Source of the DNA: Camelus dromedarius
Lineage: Eukaryota
DNA length: 64,000 nt
Direction: 5' to 3'
NCBI RefSeq assembly: GCF_036321535.1
Contig: NC_087436.1
Span: 88,104,001 to 88,168,000 of the forward strand
The position numbers were made by a program, and so were the translations under genes. How positions within the stretch are numbered: position 1 is the first letter of the stretch; every line of letters starts with the position of its first letter. Below, piece after piece: positions 14,390 through 27,949 of the stretch. A model generated the notes under the pieces. The model was not told where the DNA came from. It was given only the letters and a program-made list of their open reading frames with translations, and did no database searches.

Positions 14390-14409
14390 TGTCATGTCTT
14401 TATTTATAG

Positions 14410-14496
14410 GGTGATGATGAATTAGCCATAGATGTGATGGACAGGCTGAGCCCATCCATTCTTGAGAGCTTCATCCACCTCACAGGGGCCGATCAG
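14410..14496 (+). CDS. FRYL: FRYL exon 9 GDDELAIDVMDRLSPSILESFIHLTGADQ
   Basis: ttatag|GGT ... CAG|gtaact; 87 nt. Confidence 0.95.
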
Positions 14497-15918
14497 GTAA
14501 CTGTAATGATTTCATTCTATTCATACTCGTTTTAAAACTTAAGACATACATGAATTTCTTTTACAAATACCGTGTAGTAGAAAGTATTTTTGAAAATGGT
14601 AAAGTGCTTTAAAAATAAAAAAATACATTTTAAAAAGTGGTATACATAACCATTCTATGCTGTGGTTAGTAGTCTTCCCCACAGAAATAAAAATATATTA
14701 TCTTTAAAATTCTGATCTTTCCAATTGAAGAAGTTCCTCTTAAATCTGATATTGCCATTGACCACTGTTTGCTGTTTATTATGGCATATAATATTTTTGA
14801 CCTACCTATATACGCTGGTTAAAAGGAAAAAATGGAAAAAATGCTTTTCTTGAAATTCAAAGCAAAAAATTGCACTTGCATCTTCAATAAGTGTATGTAT
14901 TTGCTTTGTTTATGCCTGAGTCATTAAAATGAAGAAGAACACTTTGTCAGCACATATATTACTAGGAAAGTTTACGCGAACTTTCTTAGTTTGGTTTGGG
15001 GGAAGAAAGGTCATATACGAAGATTTCACAACTGACGAAGAGCAACTATCAAATTTTCCTACTTGAAATTGCTGTCTTCCTATTTTGGAATAGCTGGAGA
15101 AGAGATTTCTGTGCTTCCCATGTGACACTTGGCTCTTGCAACTCACAAGTTATGTGTACCCAAGAGAGATAGTAATAAAATCTTATAAACTTAAGAGGTG
15201 GTTATAAATCTGTGCAATTTAAAAAATTCTGTTTGATTATTGACCATGAATTAGCCAATAAGAGAGAAATGGACGACTCTCTTCTGGTGTCTAAAGCAGT
15301 GCCTGACTCATCATGGGTGTTTTATAAATATCTGTGGAATGAGCCAGTGAACTGGGCCTCTGTTCAGTTTGACTCCATTTTTTGTTGTTGTTTTGTTGTC
15401 GTTGTTGTTTGAAGCATAAATAATTTGCTCTGAAGGTAAGTCTTTGTCTCTTCAGTATAGGAGCCTAGAATATGATTGAGCAAATATCTGAGAATAGGTA
15501 CCTCTGGAGAGGAGCCCATTCTCCAGTCTGTTCCACTTGCCCATGTAGAGGGCATGTCAGCACGAAAGTTAACGGTTCGCTTTTGAATTCTCTAGTAGCT
15601 TTAGTGCACCCGTGAAAGTTGCACAGTTGTGTATGAATTACATAAGGAGTTGTTCTTAACCTTTTTGGCTTATAGATCTTTTTGAGACTGATAAAAACCA
15701 TAGACTCTCTCTGCCAAAAATTGCGTGTACACATGTGCCCAGAAAACCTGATATGCAATTTCCAGAATTCTCTCCTCCCTTAAATGCACCCTGGACCTCA
15801 TGTCACCCCCTGGAAACTACCAGTAGGCCACTCATAGTTTAAAGCAATTCATGTGGCAAAACTTTGAAAGTTGTTGAAATGTGCAATAATCAGTTTTTCT
15901 TTTTTTTCCTCTGCATAG

Positions 15919-16188
<270 letters not shown>

Positions 16189-18453
16189 TAAGTTATTTTC
16201 CTAGCGTACATCTTAAAATGTATAGACTGTCAGCCTTCATAATATATGCATTTGAAAAGTCCTGCAAATTGGAAATCCCAGAAATAACAAGCCATACGGT
16301 ACTGGTGTGTTAAGGAGGGGGACGAAAGTTGTAAAGGATATAGACTTATAATCCTTTCATTCTTTTCGTATAATTTGGTCTCACCAAATTGTAATTGTTA
16401 ATTTACTTCATAACGCACTGCTCAGTACGTGGTTTGTGTTTAATGAATCTGTATTGAATGAAAGAATTAATGAGGAAAGGGTCTGATAATAAACACTGAT
16501 GTGGACATAGATTAGTTTGTAGATAAAGGGTGAGAAGTAAAGGGAAACCAAGCTCACTGACCTTACTTTGCCTGACAATGTTGAAAGGAAGGCCATCTGC
16601 TGATAGGGATGAGTGATAATGGCATTGAACTGTGGTTCTGAGGATAAAGGTAAAGCAGTAGAGTCACTGATGATGTGATGGAGAGTTGCTTTATAAACTG
16701 CAGTTTTGTCTGGCTCTTAATTTTAGAAGAGAGTTTGTGAACCTGAGTTTGAGTTGCTGATTTCACCTTATCCAACATGCCACTGATCAGATTACATGGA
16801 ATGAGCCCTCTTAACATCTAACTTGCCCGTATAAACCCAACACCTGGATAAACATAACACCTTGGGCTCTCGTTAGAGGCTCCACAAGCCTGGCTCCTCC
16901 AGTCTGTACTTTTTCCCTTACTTTCTATCAATGCTATCTGTGTACTCTGTATTGGGACCAAAATGCATGTCTCAAAGTTCACTAAATGTGGTCTGCAGTG
17001 TCCCTTCCATGAGCTTTTGTTCACATGGACCTAGAATACCTTTTGTTTTCTCTGTCCTCTGCATGCCCATATCTGACACATCACAAATTCCACCTTATTT
17101 TTAAAGCCTTCTTTTATATCTCCAACCCAGAATTCCTTCTTTTGGATTTGAATATATATATATAATTTGTTTTTGTTTTTGCTGTTTATATATATGTTAA
17201 TTATAAAGCTACGTGGAATCTCAGGTTTTGTATATCGGATGCTATTTATTTAAGTGATGATTGACACTTGCCACCTTGCACAACGTTTATGAACTTATTT
17301 AGTCTCCCTTAATTACCGTATTTAAAATTATAGGTCCCTCTCCTACTATCATGCCTTGTATCCCTTCTGTGCTCTATTTTTCTTCATCAAACTTAGTACC
17401 ATCTAACATTGTTTTATTTCTATACTGTATATCTCCCCCAGCACATAGGATGGCAGTGATTTTTTCTTTTACAGGTTTTTTTGTGTTTGTTTTTTACTGC
17501 TGTCACAGTAGTTTTGAATATACTAAGAAACTGTTGATGGATTAATGAAGTGATATATATTATTAATCCTAATATGTTATAAATCTATTGAAGGCAAAGA
17601 CTGTAATTTAGTCTTCTTCCTAATTTTGTTTTGCTCTCATTCCTTGATCCCAGTGGAATTTTGGTGTTTGGAAAGATTTGTGGAATTGTTCCAAAATACT
17701 TTATTGGTCTAATCTTTCAAGACAGAAATTTGACAGAAGCCTTAAAATTGTAGATTTTTTTTAACTCTGCAATTCCATTTTCAGAAATTTACCCAAGAAA
17801 ATAATCAAACTTTTATTATAATTAAGCACATATTCAAATGTATAGTGTTGTGTGTAATAGGGGAAATTTTTAATTAACTAAAATATCCAACAGTGAAAGT
17901 TAGACTGTGTAAATCATGATAATCTTTATCATATAGCATACAGTCATCAAAATGATGTCATGGAGTATATAATTTACATGGAAGATGTTTAAAATATACT
18001 TATATATTAAGTATAAAAAGCAGGTACAAAATAAACCGTATTTTATTTTTATAAGTTAAAAGATCTATATTCATGCCTTTATATACATGTATTTGAATTG
18101 AAGATGTGTAGAAGAATATTCAGTGCTTATTTTGGTGTAGGATGAAAGGTGATTTTCATTTTGTCTTCACTTTTTTTCCCTACACTGAGTGTTTATAATA
18201 TGTAATAAAATATGGCCTGATAAAATATTAACTGTGGTCCCAGAAGTAATAATGTTAAAATGACCCTGTAATATATTATAATTTTCAGTGTAATATTTTA
18301 TTTGTTATATCTTATTCCACAAAGATTTAGCAGTAGTAATAAATACTTTATGCTAGCCATCTCTTCTAAATTGATAGAAATTTAGCATTAGTTAAAAAAA
18401 AACTTTTCAAAACATGTTGTATTGTTTGCCTGTTTTTCTTCTTCTTTGTTTAG

Positions 18454-18649
18454 TAGCCCCATCAATGCTAAGAAAGTAAGTACCACCACAAGCAGTGACT
18501 CGTACGTGGGCCTGTGGAGGAACTACCTGCTTCTCTGCTGCAGTGCAGCCACATCCACGGCATCCTCAACATCTGCAGGTTCTGTGAGGTGCTCTCCTCC
18601 CGAGACACTGGCGTCCACCCCCGACAGTGGCTACAGCATCGATTCTAAA
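18454..18649 (+). CDS. FRYL: FRYL exon 11 SPINAKKVSTTTSSDSY...SGYSIDSK
   Basis: ttttag-type acceptor gtttag|T ... AAA|gtaagt; 196 nt; TAGTAG tandem acceptor. Confidence 0.93.
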
Positions 18650-19229
18650 GTAAGTTTTCCAGACCTGCCACTGAATCTGAAGAGCAGCATGAAAGTACTG
18701 TTTAAAATTTCTTCTTCAGGACAATAAAGTAGTTTGACTGAAAAGTGTATTAGTTACTCAGACCAGTACTAAAAATAGTTCAAGAAATCCCATTGCTATT
18801 TTTAGGGATTCTTAGTTATAATCAAAAATATATAAAGTTTTTCTTCTAGAATTTCCCTAAATTATGTAGTGGTACAAATAACTTGATAAGATCAGTCATA
18901 TATTCTTCATGGCACGACACCCAGTATCATCAGGTGGTTGAAGGAAACTGACAAATCTTAACACCTACGTGTCTAACTTTAACACTGATGACTCTTTTAG
19001 AAGCAATTTTTTTTACTCATTTTTATGGATCAAAAGAAATGGGCTGTTGGAGAGAGTCTGCCTAGTATATTATGGTGAGTATCAGTAAGAAATAAAGAGA
19101 CCCATAGATCCCATTTCTGTTAACAAACTTGCAGTGAGCCATTGGGTGAATTTTGAAGCTCCCTTCATTCTAAAATGTCATCTATCCATTATTCTTGACC
19201 AAATATTGTTGAAATGTCAGATTATTTAG

Positions 19230-19406
<177 letters not shown>

Positions 19407-19482
19407 TAATTACCTTTATATGTTTTCTCTAGGCACTAAAATTAAATGTGTTTACTTGGAGAGAAACTGAGGTAGAGTATTT

Positions 19483-19522
19483 GTTTTTGTTTGTTTGTTT
19501 GTTTTTTGAGGGAGGGGTAATT
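19483..19522 (-). mobile_element. Tail-only Vic-1-like SINE stub
   Basis: (tttg)n + gagggaggggtaatt flanked by gagtattt direct repeats 19475-19482 / 19523-19530. Confidence 0.55.
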
Positions 19523-20937
19523 GAGTATTTATTATCAGGATAGTTGCATGTCAATCCTGACATTTACTGGTTAACTAGTCATGTAACATTTAACAAGTCA
19601 TTTAATTTATTTGAGCCTTTATGTTCTCATTTTGATTGAGTAAATAAGATTTACCTTATTTTCTTCAAATAATGATTATGAAAATCAAATATATATTATA
19701 TATAAATATGTTCTAGAAAATATGAAATGCCATGTAAAGCTTTAATATTTTCTTACCTGACTTATTTACATAGTGATTTTATTAATTTATTATCTTGATC
19801 TATTGCTTAAAACTATAGTTTTCTTCTCCTCCTTGTTCAAGAGAATGCCTATTCTTAAAAGAATTATTTATGTACATACTTTATATCATTCTTGATGTTT
19901 TTGATAGTCATAAAGCAAATTCTTCACTTTTGCCTGAGAATCTGCTTTGTTACTGTTTGCTGGACCCTGAATTTATTCTTTTGAGGCTGTCCTCTATTGA
20001 TATGAGATGATGTTCGATGTTTTGTCTCCAAGATACTGTGTACAACAGAGAACAGCTTATTAAATTGTAGTACATGTGTAGGTATGGAATAGCATTCATT
20101 ATAAAGGAAGTTTTGGAAGATTATTTTATGACAAATAAATACCCTAGTGTGCTAAGAGAAAAAAATGGGATATAAAAGTGATCTCAATTTCTTAAAAAAC
20201 AAATCCCCATAAATGGAAACAATTCTGAGGTAGATACTTTAAATGTCTGCAGTAGTTTCTATAAATGATGTTGTGGATAGACTTTATTTTCTTCTTTTTT
20301 CTTATATTTTCCCATCTTCTACAATGAGTACATTTGAATTTAAAATCAGAATAAAAGCAAAAAAAAGAGATTATTTTCATGAAGTTCATATCCTTTGACC
20401 ATTAATTTCATTTATAAAAAGGGATAGTCAGAAATGAGGTCAAAGATTAATGTACGAGGATATTCACTGGGTAGCATTTATGATAAAAAAATTAAAATTT
20501 AATGAATCAATAATAACTAAAAATTGTTAGGAAAATTTTCATGTCCAGCCCAATACTAGAGTATTATGAATTAATTAATGACATGTGAAAGTGATTATGC
20601 TAGTGTTAAAAAAAAAAAGGATGCTATCTTATATGTGTTAGGGTTTCAACTATGTAAAATATATGTAGGCTGCAAAATGATTGATCAGAAATCTTGATAG
20701 TATTTATCTCTACAAATTAAAATAAATGGCCTACACCATTTTTTCTGTCTTTCAAATGTTCTACAGAGTGCATGTGTCATTTCACAACCAAAACAAAGTG
20801 ATACAAATTGTGTTTGAAAAGTAGGATTAAGGTTAACACTTGTCAGTTTACATCATGTTAATATTTATATATTTCCCCATGTCGGATTATATCTGTTTAG
20901 CTATTCATTAAAAGAGTGTATATAATGTTTCTTCTAG

Positions 20938-20995
20938 GGAACTAATAGAGGAATTACATCCCATAATTAAAGAAGCCCTTGAAAGAAGGCCAGAG
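20938..20995 (+). CDS. FRYL: FRYL exon 13 ELIEELHPIIKEALERRPE
   Basis: ttctag|G ... GAG|gtaagc; 58 nt. Confidence 0.95.
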
Positions 20996-21242
20996 GTAAG
21001 CTGTGTAGTTTTCTATCATTAAATATTTATTTGGCAAACACTTAAAATTGGCTTCTATATTCTATATAGTATAACAAAAAGTTAGACATCCAGAGGTAAA
21101 TAGTAAATAAGTCTAGTGCAGTTTTCAGCATTTTTAAAATATGTAGACCTCTTTTTCCCCCCACAAGAGGTCTCACAGAAACTCATTCTGTAATACAGAT
21201 GTTAAATTGCTATATCTGCAGTGAGGAAGGTCAGAGCCCAGA

Positions 21243-21443
21243 TGGGGTCAGCTAACCTTCTCTGTCAGTAATCAGATAGTATTTCCAGCATTGCAGACCA
21301 TCCTGTCTCTGTTGCAACTACTCAGTTTTGCTGCATAGACAGCTAAACAAGGGGGTGTGGCTACATTCCAACAAAACTCTTATTTACAGTTTCAGGGAGC
21401 CATGGGCAGATCTGGCCTAAGGGCTGTATTTTGCCAACCTCAG
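21243..21443 (+). mobile_element. MER58A-like hAT-Charlie element
   Basis: ggggtcagctaac...gtctctgttgcaactactca...gggctgtattttgccaacctcag. Confidence 0.8.
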
Positions 21444-21844
21444 ATCTAGATCTCCAAATCTACATATCAGGTTCTGAGCAACTTTCAGAAAAGACAGGTC
21501 CAGAATTATAACAATGGATCACGCACTCAAATAAAGTCCTAGGTAAAGGACTGTGTCAGCTACGGAGAAGAAAGTTTCTGAGTCGGCCTGTGGGGTAAGA
21601 GGAGGCTTTATAGTTGAAGCACTGACATGTGGGGTGAATTTTTGAAGCACATTCCCCAGGGGACAAACAAGGGAAAGACATTCCAGGCAGAGGAACAGCA
21701 TTTGCAAACTTTATTTAAAAATTTGGACATTGCAAACTTTTCTTTGTGATTATGTTATGAGGAAACTGATTGAATGTTAGGCTGGAAAGCAGGAAAGGAA
21801 CTGTATCATGAAAGGCAGCTGGTTCCAGCATTACCCAGCAGACC

Positions 21845-22012
21845 AGTGGTCCCCGTATGGCAGTGGAATCTGAGAAATTACCTGGAGAGCTTGTTAAATA
21901 AAAATCACAGATTCCTGGGCCTATTGAGTGAGAATCCCTGGAGCAGAGCCAAGAAATCTATTTTTCAAGCACCTTAGATGAGTCTGATGGAAGCATTGAA
22001 TGAGAATCACTG
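21845..22012. mobile_element. MER5-like hAT-Charlie element
   Basis: cagtggtcccc...aattacctggagagcttgttaaa...cagattcctgggcc...tgagaatcactg. Confidence 0.7.
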
Positions 22013-23224
22013 CTATGAACGTTGGAGACCTGCTGAGGAATTTTAGCGGGAGGGGGAGATGACAACAGCTACTCTTTTTAGAGACCTTAAAACAGCCTCT
22101 CTAATTCTTCACTCCTTTTTTCTAATTCAGCCCTGTGGGGTAGTAATAATATCTCCATTTTGTAATTGATTAGATTTCAGAATGATCGTGTTAGTTACAG
22201 TGCAAAATGATTTATTAGAGCGAAGTAGAGTTGCAAATAAAATTAAGTAGCAGTATTTATACTTAGGAATTTCAGGGGAAAAAGTCATCATAGCAAGTGA
22301 ATAGATACATACAGTATATTCTGAGAGCATTAGATTCACAATCATTCTATGGAGACAAAATGAAAACAGGTTTACTAAAACTTTGCAGAAGTCCTGAAAG
22401 ACTGTTAGGAAACCATTTCATTCAAAATGAATTGCAGTAAACTTCATGAGCTAAAAGAGGCCATAAATTTAATAAATTGGTTGTCCACAAATTGGCCTGC
22501 TTTTGGAAGGCAAAAAACTGGATTGTGGACATGGAAGTGAGAGATTAATTTTTAATTGCTCTGTTACTGTGAAAATTACATCATAAATGAAATAATGAGA
22601 CATAGAAGAAAGTGGTAGATTTGTGTGTCACCAGTATATGAGTTCCTGCTAGAAGCAGAATCGAGTTGAAATGTTACAGCTATTATTCTAGGTGTTAATA
22701 CTTGGGCCCTAGTAAGACAGACATATTTATTCATACCATAATGATCAAAGAAATTTGTTTTCATTTGTATTTTTGTGTGTCAGAATTAATTGTTAAGTGA
22801 GAAACTATGGCATGAGCAAAATCTGCAGTATTTTCCCTGACATATTACTGGAAGGATCTTAGGGATTCTTTATCACTCAAAGGGAATAGTTTACTAACTG
22901 CTTCAGTTCCTCTAAGGTTGTCAGATTAGCAAATCTGACCTAAAAGTACCTGTAAAGTAACTGTAGAATTTTATTTTCTCCCCTCATAAGGGTTGTCACT
23001 GCGTAAAATGTCATGTGATTTTATTTGGCATGTTACTTTCAAATTCTCTACACATACCTTCTGATGCAGTAGCCACCAGACTGCTCGAAATCTACATTGT
23101 GCAAGCGAAATAATGAGCCCCAAAGTCTAAGATATTCACATTATTCTTTCCAAGTTACACAGCAAGTTCTCTGTCAACTTCCCTGAAGGGTTTTTAATTA
23201 CTATCTCTACTGTCTTTGGAATAG

Positions 23225-23356
<132 letters not shown>

Positions 23357-24003
23357 TAGGGAACATAATATTTTTTGTCTTATGAAATACATAAAAAACA
23401 AAAAATCACCTTTGCAACAACAACAAAAAACTCTGCACCACTATAAACATTTCCCAAAGATGCTCTGGTCCATTAACCCATGGCTGAAAAATGTATTGAA
23501 GATCTGCCCCTGGTACAGACTGCTTCAGGCAAAAATGGGGTATAATGTTCCTATGATTGTGATATTTATTGGGATCTAGTAATCTAAGCAAGTAGATAGC
23601 AGCTTTTTCGTTGTTGTTGTTGTTTTGGTTACTGATTTAACTGTGTCTTACCTTGTTCTTAAGATCTATTTCTTCTCGAGTTGTAAAAATCATATGTTTA
23701 AAGGCTAAACTTCATAAGGTTTATAAATTTATTTCAATAAACTGTTAATCTATCATGCTGGGAAAAAATATGAAATCCAAAACCATAATTCCTGTTTCCA
23801 CTCTTCACAAATAAAATTGTAAAATCTGAAGTTATTGGTAAAGTAAAGGCATCTTGACACTGAGACCACCCTCTCAGGGAAAATTCTATCAGATTTGTGT
23901 TGAGAAATAACTATTTCCTTAGGTGGGTAGAGGTGTTGCCTGACCATTGAAGAAAGAGAGGGGAAAAAAAAAAAAAGAATCTGACCATTTCCAAAAGAGG
24001 TAA

Positions 24004-24040
24004 TGGTCTTTTGCGCAGCGGATAGCGCATTGGACTTCCA
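24004..24040 (+). pseudogene. Tailless retroposed 5' half of tRNA-Arg(TCT)
   Basis: gcgcagcggatagcgcattggacttc matches D-arm and 5' anticodon stem of mammalian tRNA-Arg-TCT (GCGCAATGGATAGCGCATTGGACTTCT); flanked by exact ttccaaaagaggtaa repeats 23989-24003 / 24036-24050. Confidence 0.8.
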
Positions 24041-25185
24041 AAAGAGGTAACAGAAAAGAGATCCTGAGGGGAAAAAAAATTAATAATAAAAGAAGTGTAG
24101 TATTGTTACTTTACCATTTGTCCTAATCATTTATTTCTTACTGTGCCTTACACCTTTCATATTTAGCATCAAATGCTTTTGACAAGTGCTTGCAAAACAC
24201 AAGTTAATCAAACAGAATTTAAGCCATTGATTTACTTTTCTTTTACAGTAAATGAAAAGCAAATGAAAATAAAGAAAAAAGAAACATAGCTTTTTTTTTT
24301 TGTCCTCCGCAAAAATTAAACAGTGAAAGATAGCCAAAGTGACTTTAACACTTGCTGAGCTTAATGAAAAAAAAAAATTAAGCTGATACACATCTGAATC
24401 TCTTTTTTTTTTCTTTTTTGATTGCTTTTAATGTAATGTTAGTGAATGAGGAATCTTTGAATGTTGTTGTTTTGGAGAACTGCAAGATGTTGGCATATTT
24501 AAAATTGAACCACAAAAGCTGTACTCACTTTTGAGCAGTAATGGTTTTGAACACAGTTGCGTGTTTTGTTTTTGGATTTCTTTTCTTTCTTTTTTTTTTT
24601 TTTTAAAGAGAAATCAGTGTAAAATTATCAATATTATGGACTTTTAATTTTCTTAATTAAGGAAAAAAAGTTGAATTCTCAATGGCAAGAAAGCACAGAG
24701 ATCTTTTTTTGTTCACCCAGTCAATCCTAGGGGCCTGATGCGTAGTAGATACTCAGTGAGTCTTTTGTTACATGAATGACCGTTTTATTCTGGGCCAGGT
24801 GACAATCTACCAAGTTGGTTTCCCAGCCACTAAGAAGTCATACTCAGATTTTTAAAACATCGTTTTAAGGAATGAAGGGAAAAATTTCATCATGAATTCA
24901 TTCAACATATTTTTATTGTTGTGGACTGATATTTTTAATATACTGCAGTACCATTGTGATTCCTCTTACTTTCATGTTTTAGGGCATTTATTAAAAAACT
25001 ATTCACAGCTGTTTAAAAATTTTTTACTTTTAAAATGATACATTTTAGAGGTCCTTTTCAAATATAACAAGGAAAACTTAACCAAATTACTAAAATGCTT
25101 TGAATTGCTTACCATGACTCTGCAAAGTTTAATATATAGTATCCTGATTTATATTATTAGGAATTTATTTGGACGTAAATTATAA

Positions 25186-25419
<234 letters not shown>

Positions 25420-25898
25420 TAATGAATATTAAGGGGCCATCATATTTTTTTCTCCTTCTGAGGTTTTGTAATCTAAGTGGACAGGCACCTTGTGAACATC
25501 TCAAAAATATGTCAGCATAACATGGATGGCAAGAGTTTGTTTTACCTTTGAGTTAGTGTCATTGACAAAAATTAAAAAGCAACCCAAAATAGATTTTCAG
25601 TGATAACCAAGACTAACAAAAATTTGAAGAAATCAGTAGGATAAGCGTTTTGGACAAATTTGTTCCAGACAGAATGGACAATGAACATAATGTTCCAAGT
25701 TGTAATTGAGAGTAGAATTAACAAGATATTTTTAAATAATAGGAGAAAGGTGTAGGCATAGATGTAGAGTGTAATAAGGATACAGTGTGACTCATTGATT
25801 CCTCTAACAGGTATATGCCTGTTATTGTGCACATACTATATGCCAGGAACTGGTTTAGGCAGTAAGAAGATTAACATTTGCAATTTGCATTTTTAAAA

Positions 25899-26019
25899 TT
25901 TTTTTGATAATTAGGTTTATTTATTTATTCATTTATTTTTGGAGGAGGTACTGGGGATTGAAGCCAGGACCTCATGCATGCCAAGCATGCGCTCTACCAC
26001 TTGAGCTATACCCTCCCCC
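25899..26019 (-). mobile_element. Vic-1-like tRNA-derived SINE (camelid type)
   Basis: Reverse complement GGGGAGGGTATAGCTCAAGTGGTAGAGCGCATGCTTGGCATGCATGAGGTCCTGGCTTCAATCCCCAGTACCTCC; TSD ttgcatttttaaaa 25885-25898 / 26025-26038. Confidence 0.88.
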
Positions 26020-26987
26020 TGCACTTGCATTTTTAAAAGCCTAAAATTCTTTACAAGTGTAAAAATGTGGTTATAGCCTTTGCTATACAGTGTAAATACA
26101 AATATTTCTTTTTCTTTCTGGGAAAGAATTAAAGTTATTTTGTTACCTTAAAAGTTATATGCCAGTGAAAAAAAGTATATGCAAATAGTTGACTTTTCAA
26201 GATAAGAGCATGGGTTGTATTTTATAGAAGGGTCCTGTAAGCACCTCTTAGGCACTTTAATTTCAAGTGCAGGAACCCTGTTTTGAACTTTAGGGATAAA
26301 TGGTGCTATGTAGTGGAAAAGGGCGTTTTTTCCTCTAAATTTTCTGATCTGAAGCTTACTAATGTTAAGATATAATTGTCTACAGCTTCTACTTTGGCTC
26401 ATTACGATACTGTTGAGTTTCTTCAACAAGGATTGATGCAGAGAACTTGCAGAGTAGATTTTTAAAGTGGAAAGAATCCTTAGAAATCATCTAAACCACC
26501 AGCAAAAGGCAGCAGAATGGGTTTGGACCCCTGGCCTCACACTTCACTGCAAATAGGTCAACTCCCCTGTTGTGTGTGATGTATATCAGGATTCCATGTT
26601 ACAATCCTTTTATAGCTGAAAACAATTTATATAGTCCAAAGCTCTCCCTTACCACACCAAAATCCAGGGTGTGTTTGTGATAATGTTTTGGCCAAGGTTA
26701 CCATGTAGTCAGCAACAGCCCAGGGAGAAGCAGGGTCCTGACTCCCAGCTCTGTGCCAGCCTCCAGGCAACGTGACTGCCATGAAATCTGCTTGTCAAGA
26801 TGCTGTGTTTCACATAATGCTGCATCTCATGTAATACTGTACAACATGATGACGTAGATTGCAACTTGACATAGACTGCAACTTTGTTTCTGTGATTTAC
26901 ATATATGTAAATAATTTCTGTTTATGGCGTAGGTCAAAATGAAAACTTCTGCTTCCTATTTTACAATATCACATTCAACAAAAATGA

Positions 26988-27218
<231 letters not shown>

Positions 27219-27736
27219 TAGAAATCTTATTTCTTTTTTCTTATGTTAAGAGTAAAATTTTTTTTGTCTCTCGGTGCCTGGTGTTATAAAAAGGATAGGA
27301 TTTCTTCAGACTACCTGAGAGTATTAGAATATATATTTGCCTGCTGTATTCAAACACTTATACTGTAAGTTCATTTAAGTACATAAATACAATGCAAAAA
27401 AAGTTTCAGAATCTACCGTAATTGGAAGCCATTCTCTTAAAGAATTGAGGATTGCCTCAAAGAAATACCTGTTTCTTTCCTACTTAAATACTTTCTCTTG
27501 ATCTTTTTTTCCCCCTTCTCTTCAGTACTGTTCAAACTCCATATCTGATTTGGTATCATAATATTTACTTACTACTCATAGTAAATTTCTTAGTTTCAAA
27601 AATTACTATTATGCTTTTCTTTATAAAGAAAAAAATTAAAGATTTTTGTGGCTACGTAAGCATGAGTGAAATATTCTGCTGCTTCTCATTAAGCAACCAA
27701 CATTTAACCTCTTAAATGTTTTAAATGTAATTCTAA

Positions 27737-27949
<213 letters not shown>

